A DNA stretch of 64,000 nt from Bacteroidota bacterium (GTDB taxonomy: Bacteria; Bacteroidota; Bacteroidia; Chitinophagales; Chitinophagaceae). The stretch spans positions 32,649 to 96,648 of the forward strand of contig JAHEFK010000003.1 in the NCBI GenBank assembly GCA_024640225.1, written 5' to 3'. Under the pieces are notes generated by a model. It ran no database searches. It worked only from the letters and a program-made list of their open reading frames with translations, and had not been told where the DNA came from. The translations under genes were made by a program, and so were the position numbers. Shown here one piece after another: positions 8,912 through 16,743 of this stretch (position 1 is its first letter; the number at the start of each line of letters is the position of its first letter).

Positions 8912-9928
8912 TTAAGCATGCAAGGCAAAAGGCTCTAAGTAATTGAATTTATGATTAGATACAATTAATGAAATAATATCATGTGTTTGTTCGGGATAGT
9001 CTACGGTTATCGTTTGTACCGATGCTATCCATTTGCTTAGGGCTGTTTTTTCGTGAAATAAATCAAACCATACAGGCACGCCCATTTCAGCTAAAGCTGC
9101 CGCATTACAATATTGTTCGTATTGATTTTTCATGGGCACCACTGCTAATTTCTTTTTTAGATACAGCGCTTCTGCAGGTGTTTCAAAACCAGCACCACAC
9201 AGTACGCCATTAGACGAGGCCATGCTCAGCAAAAAAGCATCATCACCAACGGGATAAATAGTGACATTTTTAAAATACATATTCGTAGTGGCATCTTTTG
9301 AAAAAACATGCCAATGCACCTCGGTAAATTGACTTAAAAAAGAGGCTAAATGTTGATAATGATAAGCCGGCAAATAGACCGTATAATGCCCTGCAGCTAT
9401 AGATTCTAAATGGCGCACTTTAGGCCGTATAATAGGCGTATAAATAACCGGATCGTAGGGTTTAAAATGAAATCCAAAGGCATACGTACAAGGTGCATAA
9501 TAATTCAAAATCCATTTACTACAAGTAAAAGCTCCACTGGGTTTAGGGCTCGAAGGATGCGCTACAGCCGCTTGATGACTTAATCCGTAGCACGTTTTCT
9601 TCCTCCATTTGCAGGCCCATGCCACCACCGGTTCAAAATCATTAATGACAATGTCATATTCCTGAACGGGCAAGGTACATACCTGTTTGAAAAACTGCCA
9701 CCAATCAAAATGAAAAAAACTTCGTACTAGATCAACGCCACCTTTTTTGCCTATGATAAAACTCAATCCTTTCAATTGGTATTTTACGGGAAAAGCTTTG
9801 GGCACACTTGATTGTGTACCACTCACCAAAACATCTACTTCGCCATATTTTTGTAAAATGGGATAGATAGCTTGCGCTCTGCTAATGTGGCCGTTTCCAG
9901 TAGCCTGAATCGCCAATAAGATTTTCAT
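8912..9928 (-). CDS. Glycosyltransferase, MJ1255/TIGR00661-like (GT-B fold)
   Basis: 338 aa. N-terminus MKILLAIQATGNGHISRAQAI and C-terminal GVLCGAGFETPAEALYLKKKLAVVPMKNQYEQYCNA resemble this GT family. 10 nt downstream of the LpxH-like gene. Confidence 0.65.
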   Translation of the reverse strand: MKILLAIQATGNGHISRAQAIYPILQKYGEVDVLVSGTQSSVPKAFPVKYQLKGLSFIIGKKGGVDLVRSFFHFDWWQFFKQVCTLPVQEYDIVINDFEPVVAWACKWRKKTCYGLSHQAAVAHPSSPKPSGAFTCSKWILNYYAPCTYAFGFHFKPYDPVIYTPIIRPKVRHLESIAAGHYTVYLPAYHYQHLASFLSQFTEVHWHVFSKDATTNMYFKNVTIYPVGDDAFLLSMASSNGVLCGAGFETPAEALYLKKKLAVVPMKNQYEQYCNAAALAEMGVPVWFDLFHEKTALSKWIASVQTITVDYPEQTHDIISLIVSNHKFNYLEPFALHA

Positions 9929-9938
9929 GTACTTAGGT

Positions 9939-10769
9939 TTAATGCTGATGGATGAACAAACTAAACAACTCTGGAATGTCCATCGTTTTGGATGCCGTAG
10001 TGCTTAAATCAACGGTTTTGGCAATCGGATCTTGCTCGTAGAAATATAATTTCCATTGCTCTTCCTGATATTCAAGGGCACTTAAATTCTCTATCCAATC
10101 GCCTGAGTTTAAATAGCGTACTACCCCATGTGGCGTAACAATAATTTTATTTTCTGGCTGATGGATATGTCCACAAATAGCATATTCATAATGATGTTCC
10201 GCAGCTATACTGCACACGGTATCTTCAAATTTATTAATGAAGGCTACTGCTTTTTTTACACTATTTTTAATAGTTTTAGAAATAGAAATTCGCTCTCTTC
10301 CCATCTTCACAAGCACATTATTCACTGTTCTATTCAGCAATATCAGTGCATCATAACCAACTGCACCGAGCTTGGCCAACCATTTACTGTTTTGCATTAC
10401 CACATCAAATACATCGCCATGAAAAACCCAGACTTGCTTATCATTTAATTTTAAGGATAATTTATTTTTTATTTTTAAAGCACCTAATTCGGTATCCGCA
10501 AATTTGCGCAAATACTCGTCATGATTGCCCGTAATATAATAAACGGGGATTTGCTCAGTAGCCCAAGCAATAAATTGCAATAACACTGCGGTATGCAATG
10601 GAGGCCAATAGCGCTTTTTAAATTGCCATATATCAATGATATCGCCATTTAAAATTACCATCTTAGGCTGAATGGTTTTGAGATACTGTAAAAGTTCTTG
10701 GGCATGGCAGCCCGTGGTACCCAAATGGATATCCGATAGTACCAGTACTTCAACTTCTCTTTTTGTCAT
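9939..10769 (-). CDS. LpxH-like metallophosphoesterase (UDP-2,3-diacylglucosamine diphosphatase family)
   Basis: 276 aa. Calcineurin-like motifs: VLVLSDIHLG, LNGDIIDIW, ITGNHDE, VFHGDVFD, CGHIH. Confidence 0.65.
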   Translation of the reverse strand: MTKREVEVLVLSDIHLGTTGCHAQELLQYLKTIQPKMVILNGDIIDIWQFKKRYWPPLHTAVLLQFIAWATEQIPVYYITGNHDEYLRKFADTELGALKIKNKLSLKLNDKQVWVFHGDVFDVVMQNSKWLAKLGAVGYDALILLNRTVNNVLVKMGRERISISKTIKNSVKKAVAFINKFEDTVCSIAAEHHYEYAICGHIHQPENKIIVTPHGVVRYLNSGDWIENLSALEYQEEQWKLYFYEQDPIAKTVDLSTTASKTMDIPELFSLFIHQH

Positions 10770-10846
10770 CGTTCAGAATTTGACTTTGACAAAATAAAAC
10801 TTCTAGTATGTACTAATTATTAAGCCGGTATTAAACTAATGTAAAC

Positions 10847-11728
10847 TTATAACGCTTCCTGAAAATAAATACTACGAACAATGCCATCGGCTAAACCAAT
10901 TTTGGGCACATAAATTTCATTGCTCTGGGTATGCTCCATTATGTTTAAGAAAATGGATAAGGCCGGCACCATTACATCGGCACGGTCTTCACGCAAATCA
11001 TAATGATGCATGCGTTCTTCAATACTCATTGCGTTTAAGCTGTTATAATAGGTAGTCAATGTGGCTTTGCTGAGTGGCTTACCCTCTTTTTGCTTAGATA
11101 GGGAAAAGAGTTTGTTGATATTACCACCGCTACCCACCAATTGTACTTTCGGATTTTTCTTGACAATAACTTTTAAGAATCGAGCTAATGCTTGCCAATG
11201 TGCTTTACTCACTTGATTTTGTAATACGCGAATGGTGCCAATATTAAAGGATTCTTTTTTCACTAATTTATTATCTTGAAACAAAGATAATTCAGTACTA
11301 CCACCACCAACATCGATATACAACAGCGTTTTCTGCGCATTGTTTTTCTCTCCCAAATGGGCGTTATAAATAATGGTCGCTTCTTCCTGACCAGAAATGA
11401 TATCAATTGCAATATCCGTATCAGCTTTAATAGCTTTTATTAATGCCTTTCCATTTTTAGCATCGCGCATGGCCGAAGTAGCACATGCTCGATACACCTC
11501 TACTTTATAAACATTCATGAGCATCTTAAATGCCTGCATAGAATCGGTTAATTGTTCTTGCTTCTTCTTACTGATTTTACCTTTTTCAAATACATCAAAA
11601 CCTAATCGTAAAGGAATACGAAGAAATAATAATTTAGTAAAATCCACTTCTTTATCCTTATACGGATGTGCTTCGGAAATTAATAAACGAATGGCATTAG
11701 AGCCTATATCAATTGCTGCAATTTTCAA
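10847..11728 (-). CDS. ppx: Exopolyphosphatase (Ppx/GppA family)
   Basis: 293 aa. MKIAAIDIGSNAIRLLISEA, IDVGGGSTELS. TTG start (complement of 11726-11728) lies directly after the ppk1 TAG stop, in the same frame. Confidence 0.85.
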   Translation of the reverse strand: MKIAAIDIGSNAIRLLISEAHPYKDKEVDFTKLLFLRIPLRLGFDVFEKGKISKKKQEQLTDSMQAFKMLMNVYKVEVYRACATSAMRDAKNGKALIKAIKADTDIAIDIISGQEEATIIYNAHLGEKNNAQKTLLYIDVGGGSTELSLFQDNKLVKKESFNIGTIRVLQNQVSKAHWQALARFLKVIVKKNPKVQLVGSGGNINKLFSLSKQKEGKPLSKATLTTYYNSLNAMSIEERMHHYDLREDRADVMVPALSIFLNIMEHTQSNEIYVPKIGLADGIVRSIYFQEAL

Positions 11729-13801
11729 CTAATTATATTTTTTATTACTTAAGTAGTTAAATGTTTCCGTTTGTGAACGCATTTTTTTTGCTTTTGCTGC
11801 AGGTAACACATACGAATTCATTTGCTCATTATCTAAGATACGACCTTTTACATTTTCCTGCAATTGAATTGCCAAAATATCTTGTAATTCTGCTGCAATC
11901 ATAGGATCCAAAATTGGACAAGCCACCTCAATACGGTGGTCCAAATTGCGCACCATCCAATCAGCGGAGGAAATAAACGTTTTACGTTGTCCTCCGTTGC
12001 CAAAAACAAACACCCTCGCATGCTCCAAATACTGATCTACAATACTTATAGCCTGAATTGGTTTTTTAAAAGAGGCTACATTGGTAAGTGCACAACAAAT
12101 ACCTCTAATAATCAAGTGCACCGGCACTCCTTCTTTAGCAGCATCATATAATTTTTCAATCAAGGCCTCATCTACAATACTATTCAGTTTTATAATCAAT
12201 TCGCCCTGCTTACTACTTTTATGTTTCTTTATTTCTTGCTGTATTAAATTTAAAAAATATGGTCGCATATGCTTTGGTGTTGCAACAAGCAATTTCAAAT
12301 TATCGAGCGGATTTTTCTTGAGCAGCGGTTTTTCTAAATACATAAATACCGCATTCACATCGCGTAAGATTTGTGTATGACTGGTAAACAATAAATGGTC
12401 GCCATATACCTTCGAGGTCGATTCGTTGAAGTTGCCGGTAGATATAAAGCCATAGTATTTAATGCGATTAAATTGCTTCTTTTTAATCACACACAATTTA
12501 GCATGTACTTTCATATTGGGCATACCAATTAATACCTTCACGCCCTCTTCTTCTAGTACCGTTTTCCAATGCAGATTAGCTTCTTCATCAAATCGTGCGC
12601 GCAATTCTAACACCACCGTTACTTCTTTTCCGTTTCTTACGGCATTCAATAATGCATTGATAATTTTAGAATCTTTTGCCAATCGATAGCAGGTAATTTT
12701 TATACTCTGAACAAATGGATCAATGGCTGCTTCGCGCAATAAATCAATTACAGAGTCAAAGGAATGGTAAGGCAAATGCAACATGACATCACGCTGATCT
12801 AAGACACTCATAATACGACACGGCTGTGTAAGCAGTGGATGAATAAATGGTTTTGGTCGCTCAGTATAATTAGAAAATACTGATTTTGGGAAATCCATAA
12901 AGTCTTTGAAATTATGAATACGCCCACCAGCAATCAAATTATCTTTTTTAGAAAGGTTTAAGCGTTTAATTAAAAAATCTAAGAGGCGGGAATCAATTTG
13001 TTTGTCATATACAAAGCGCGTAGCCTTTCCCTTCTTTCTACTCTTGAGTCCTTTTTCTATTTCAGCTACTACGTTTGACTGAAAATCATTATCAATCTCA
13101 AGCTCTGCATCGCGGGTTAATTTCACAATATGACTGGAGAATTGATTATAACCAAAAGGTGCAAATAGATTTGATAAGTTGAACCGAATAATATCTTCCA
13201 ATAGTATGACATGCACTTCGTTTTTGCTGTCGGGCAATATCACAAAGCGCGGTAACGTTTTAGATGGTATATCGATGAGTGCATACGATTGCAAATTGGT
13301 ATGGGCTGCATTGCCCAATACACAGGCCAGGTAGATATGCTTATCTCTCAGAAAAGGCGTATGAGGCATACTCTCTATCATGAGCGGCACAATTCTGGAG
13401 CGCACCTGATCTTCAAAATAGTTTTTTACAAATTGCTTTTGGGTAGCATTCAGTTGACGCTCATTTTTAAAATAGATGCGATGTTTTTTTTCTAAGAGGC
13501 CAATGATATTGGTAAACGTTTTATCAAAGATGCGTTGTTGCTCAACTACTTTATCGTGTACTTTTTTTAGAATTTTTTCCGGATGGGCTTCGGCATGAAA
13601 TTTATTAAAGACACTAATAGTTTTCATTTTAGTAAGCGTAGCTACGCGTACCCTAAAAAACTCATCTAGATTATTAGAAAAAATGCCTAAAAATTTGAGC
13701 CGATCATAGAGGTGCACACTTTCGTCCATCGCTTCTTGCAACACACGTTCATTAAAGGCTAGCCAGCTAATATCGCGGATAATGGTTTGCTTTGTTTTCA
13801 A
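11729..13801 (-). CDS. ppk1: Polyphosphate kinase 1
   Basis: 690 aa. RDISWLAFNERVLQEAMDES..LKFLGIFSNNLDEFFRVRVA N-domain and two PLD-like HKD regions (KVHAKLCVI). TTG start at 13801. The next in-frame Met would delete the conserved N-domain. Confidence 0.95.
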   Translation of the reverse strand: MKTKQTIIRDISWLAFNERVLQEAMDESVHLYDRLKFLGIFSNNLDEFFRVRVATLTKMKTISVFNKFHAEAHPEKILKKVHDKVVEQQRIFDKTFTNIIGLLEKKHRIYFKNERQLNATQKQFVKNYFEDQVRSRIVPLMIESMPHTPFLRDKHIYLACVLGNAAHTNLQSYALIDIPSKTLPRFVILPDSKNEVHVILLEDIIRFNLSNLFAPFGYNQFSSHIVKLTRDAELEIDNDFQSNVVAEIEKGLKSRKKGKATRFVYDKQIDSRLLDFLIKRLNLSKKDNLIAGGRIHNFKDFMDFPKSVFSNYTERPKPFIHPLLTQPCRIMSVLDQRDVMLHLPYHSFDSVIDLLREAAIDPFVQSIKITCYRLAKDSKIINALLNAVRNGKEVTVVLELRARFDEEANLHWKTVLEEEGVKVLIGMPNMKVHAKLCVIKKKQFNRIKYYGFISTGNFNESTSKVYGDHLLFTSHTQILRDVNAVFMYLEKPLLKKNPLDNLKLLVATPKHMRPYFLNLIQQEIKKHKSSKQGELIIKLNSIVDEALIEKLYDAAKEGVPVHLIIRGICCALTNVASFKKPIQAISIVDQYLEHARVFVFGNGGQRKTFISSADWMVRNLDHRIEVACPILDPMIAAELQDILAIQLQENVKGRILDNEQMNSYVLPAAKAKKMRSQTETFNYLSNKKYN

Positions 13802-13818
13802 AATTTATAATTGTAACG

Positions 13819-13826
13819 CAAATTTA
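13819..13826 (-). promoter_or_regulatory. Bacteroidota -7 promoter box TAAATTTG
   Basis: Exact TAnnTTTG, 17 nt upstream of the TTG start of ppk1. No ATG lies between the box and the TTG. Confidence 0.45.
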
Positions 13827-13875
13827 CTAGCGCAAGCGCTTAACCAATATTAATTAATTGTAAACAATCACTTTA

Positions 13876-14463
13876 TCATACATCCAAAAACTGCACTTTC
13901 CCTGTGGCGATATTATAAATTGCTGGCACAACACCCACCTGGCCTTTATCTACGAGTGCTTTTATAATGGGGCTATTTTCTGTTATCGTTTTTGCCCCAA
14001 TGAGTACATTAGTTTTGGTTACTTCGTATTCAAAAAGCTCATACTCCTTTTCTCTATTTATCGACTTTGCGACTTCGGCAACAGCTGGTTCTATTTTTTC
14101 TATTAATTCGGTAAGATGCCCCAAACGGATATGATCACAAGCGCCTTTAATAGCACCGCAATTAGTATGCCCTAAAACTACAATTAATTTACTCCCCACC
14201 ACCGAAGTAGCATATTCCAAACTACCTAAGATACCATTAGTGACAACATTGCCAGCAATGCGAATACTAAAAATGTCCCCAAAGCCTTGATCAAATATCA
14301 GTTCGGCTGCTGTTCTCGAATCCATACAACTAACAATAGCTGCGAAGGGACGCTGATTGTCCTTAAGCTCATTTAATACTTCTAAATGATCCCTATTCTT
14401 TTTTAAATTATTAATAAAACGAAAATTTCCTTCTTTTAATAATTGTAAACTATGTGCTGGCAT
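13876..14463 (-). CDS. Beta-class carbonic anhydrase
   Basis: 195 aa. Zinc-ligand motifs SCMDSR and GHTNCGA. Overlaps the upstream SulP gene by 14 nt. Confidence 0.9.
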   Translation of the reverse strand: MPAHSLQLLKEGNFRFINNLKKNRDHLEVLNELKDNQRPFAAIVSCMDSRTAAELIFDQGFGDIFSIRIAGNVVTNGILGSLEYATSVVGSKLIVVLGHTNCGAIKGACDHIRLGHLTELIEKIEPAVAEVAKSINREKEYELFEYEVTKTNVLIGAKTITENSPIIKALVDKGQVGVVPAIYNIATGKVQFLDV

Positions 14464-16120
14464 ATTCTGCTTTCTGCTGTTTTAATTGTTGTATCAATTG
14501 CTTATGATTGCCCGCTGTTCGCTTTGGCAATTCATCTATATACGCTAAAGTACTTAATAATTCAGACTCTGAGATTGTTTCTTTTAATTTATAACAATTA
14601 TTAAATCCTACCATTGCAATTTGTATATTTCGTTCTTGCGATTTTATTTCCTGAAACTCTTTTATCAAAGCAATTACATCATAATCGATATAAACATTTT
14701 GTGTAGCATCTAATACTAGATAGGCATTTTCGGGCAATAACTCTAAAGCAGTTTTAATAGTTGCTTTATTTAAAAAAGATACCACCTGTGCCAATTCTAT
14801 TTTTACAATTTCAATGGAGCTGTAATTACTCTTTTGAAAATAAAAAGGCGCATGCATATTTCGCTTTAAAATATAAAATATACTCACCAACAATCCAATG
14901 CACACCCCTTTCAATAAATCGGTAGCTACTACCGCAACTACTGTTGTTACGAAGGGTATAAACTGACTCCACCCACCCTCTTTATAAACCTGCTTAAATT
15001 TGGAGGGCTTACATAACTTATAACCCGTAGCTATTAAAATAGCTGCTAGAGCTGCTTTCGGTATCCAATTTAAATAATGCGGGATACTCACAACGCATAT
15101 CAGTAATAAAACCCCATGTAAAATTGCAGACATTTTACTTTTAGCCCCTGCATTCAAATTAGCCGAGGAGCGCACAATCACCGAGGTGATGGGCATGCCG
15201 CCCAGTAACCCATTGGCGATATTACCTATGCCTTGGGCGCGCAATTCCACATCGGTAGGTGTTACTTTTTTATGCGGGTCCAATTTATCGATGGCCTCAA
15301 TACTTAAAAGAGTTTCTATAGAAGCTACAATAGCTATTTCTAAACCCACTATCCAAACTTCCGGCATGGCAAAGCCCTTTAGGTTAGGAAATAAAAAATG
15401 TTGACCAAATTCAGCCATAGATTTAGCAATAGGGATTTGAACAAAGTGTGCTTGTTCTAAAATAAAATTCGGGTAGGCAAACTGATAGAGCAATACGCCT
15501 AAAACCGAAACAAGCACTACAATTAAACCACTTGGTAATTTATTAATTCTCTTAGCATAGCTACTTTGCCAAAAGAAAATAATGACTAAGCCCAATAACG
15601 TAATCAGTAATACTCCATAATGGATGTGATGAAATGCCTCATTCAAAAAACTGAAGGATATACCATCTTCGGCGTCTAAAAGGTCCGACCATTTTTGTTT
15701 ATGAAACCCAAAAGCTTCTGGCAATTGCTTTAATATAATAGTAATACCTATAGCCGCCAACATGCCTTCCAAAACACTCGTGGGTATATAATCGGCAATA
15801 AAGCCGGCTTTCAAAACACCCAAAAGTAATTGTATACAACCAGCAAGCAGTACAGCACATAAAAATAATTCGTAGGATTGCAATTGGGTAACTGCTGCAA
15901 ATACAATAGCGGTAAGGCCAGCTGCAGGCCCAGACACACTCAAGGATGATTGACTAAGGGCCCCCACCAGCACTCCACCAATAATACCTGCAACCACTCC
16001 AGAAAAAACAGGTGCACCAGATGCTTGTGCAATACCTAAACAAAGTGGCAAGGCCACCAGAAAAACAACTATGCTCGATGCAATATTAGCTTGCACAGAT
16101 TTTACTAATCTTGAAAACAT
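14450..16120 (-). CDS. SulP family anion (bicarbonate/sulfate) transporter with C-terminal STAS domain
   Basis: 556 aa. Many TM segments, a typical SulP N-terminus (VVFLVALPLCLGIAQASGAP) and a C-terminal STAS-like ~120 aa. Classic SulP-CA pairing. Confidence 0.85.
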   Translation of the reverse strand: MFSRLVKSVQANIASSIVVFLVALPLCLGIAQASGAPVFSGVVAGIIGGVLVGALSQSSLSVSGPAAGLTAIVFAAVTQLQSYELFLCAVLLAGCIQLLLGVLKAGFIADYIPTSVLEGMLAAIGITIILKQLPEAFGFHKQKWSDLLDAEDGISFSFLNEAFHHIHYGVLLITLLGLVIIFFWQSSYAKRINKLPSGLIVVLVSVLGVLLYQFAYPNFILEQAHFVQIPIAKSMAEFGQHFLFPNLKGFAMPEVWIVGLEIAIVASIETLLSIEAIDKLDPHKKVTPTDVELRAQGIGNIANGLLGGMPITSVIVRSSANLNAGAKSKMSAILHGVLLLICVVSIPHYLNWIPKAALAAILIATGYKLCKPSKFKQVYKEGGWSQFIPFVTTVVAVVATDLLKGVCIGLLVSIFYILKRNMHAPFYFQKSNYSSIEIVKIELAQVVSFLNKATIKTALELLPENAYLVLDATQNVYIDYDVIALIKEFQEIKSQERNIQIAMVGFNNCYKLKETISESELLSTLAYIDELPKRTAGNHKQLIQQLKQQKAEYAST

Positions 16121-16162
16121 GATAAAGAATTAAATAAGGAACAATAAATAAAACGTGTTTAC

Positions 16163-16483
16163 TTATGCCTTATTCGGAGGAGGCGTTTGTACTTCTATGA
16201 TGTGCGACTGCCAATATGAAGATTTAATGTAATGCACAAAGCCGCGTTGCTTAGTTGGCAAGGTTGTATAATGAAAAAATACAGTGTTATTATTTGATGC
16301 TGCAATTAATAATTCTTCTAGAAAATCAGAACATCCATCTTCTTCATCTTGTTGCTGTTCATCATCTACATCTTGCGAAAGTGTATACGAAACATGAGTA
16401 CTTAGCAATTGATATTGCATCACTTGCTTATAGACCATTGCCACAAGAAAAAAGAGCGTAATATATTTAGCAAAATTTAGCAT
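16163..16483 (-). CDS. Hypothetical small membrane-anchored protein with acidic stretch
   Basis: 106 aa. N-terminal TM (ITLFFLVAMVY), acidic run DVDDEQQQDEEDG, no recognisable family. 42 nt upstream of SulP on the same strand. Confidence 0.4.
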   Translation of the reverse strand: MLNFAKYITLFFLVAMVYKQVMQYQLLSTHVSYTLSQDVDDEQQQDEEDGCSDFLEELLIAASNNNTVFFHYTTLPTKQRGFVHYIKSSYWQSHIIEVQTPPPNKA

Positions 16484-16488
16484 TGCTT

Positions 16489-16496
16489 CAAAAATA
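16489..16496 (-). promoter_or_regulatory. Possible -7 promoter box TATTTTTG
   Basis: Exact TAnnTTTG only 5 nt upstream of ATG 16483, which would imply a leaderless or near-leaderless mRNA. Confidence 0.3.
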
Positions 16497-16541
16497 GTAA
16501 AAAACTTACTCGTTTATTTTACCTGAGTGTTAATTTAAAAT

Positions 16542-16570
16542 AAAAAAGCCTTCTTTTAAAAGAAGGCTTT
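16542..16570 (-). terminator. Rho-independent terminator after tRNA-Lys
   Basis: AAGCCTTCT (16546-16554) / AGAAGGCTT (16561-16569), loop TTTAAA. On the minus strand it is followed by TTTTTTATTTT. Confidence 0.7.
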
Positions 16571-16575
16571 TTGTG

Positions 16576-16648
16576 TGATCCCGTTGGGACTCGAACCCAA
16601 GACCCCATCATTAAAAGTGATGTGCTCTACCAACTGAGCTACGAGATC
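16576..16648 (-). tRNA. tRNA-Lys (anticodon UUU)
   Basis: Hand-folded 73-nt cloverleaf on the minus strand: GATCTCG TA GCTC AGTTGGTA GAGC A CATCA CTTTTAA TGATG GGGTC TTGGG TTCGAGT CCCAA CGGGATC A. All four stems pair (one G-U). CCA is not encoded. Confidence 0.93.
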
Positions 16649-16676
16649 ATCCCACTGTTCAAAACTGAACGGGGTG

Positions 16677-16684
16677 CAAAGATA
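16677..16684 (-). promoter_or_regulatory. Bacteroidota -7 promoter box TATCTTTG upstream of tRNA-Lys
   Basis: Exact TAnnTTTG, 28 nt upstream of the mature tRNA 5' end. Confidence 0.45.
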
Positions 16685-16743
16685 ATTATTATTATTTTTT
16701 AAGCAAAACTTTTTAGAACTTTTTTTATTTTATTTTTATTCCC

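Noticed and set aside
8821-8928. The N-terminal extension of the TonB receptor ORF (974-aa version) overlaps the glycosyltransferase gene.
   Set aside because: The extension has no signal peptide and contains the TAATTTTG promoter box. The Met at 8820 gives a normal signal peptide.
16649-16676. A small hairpin (GTTCA/TGAAC) lies between the tRNA-Lys promoter box and the tRNA 5' end.
   Set aside because: It has only a 5-bp stem and is more likely part of the leader removed by RNase P than a regulatory element.
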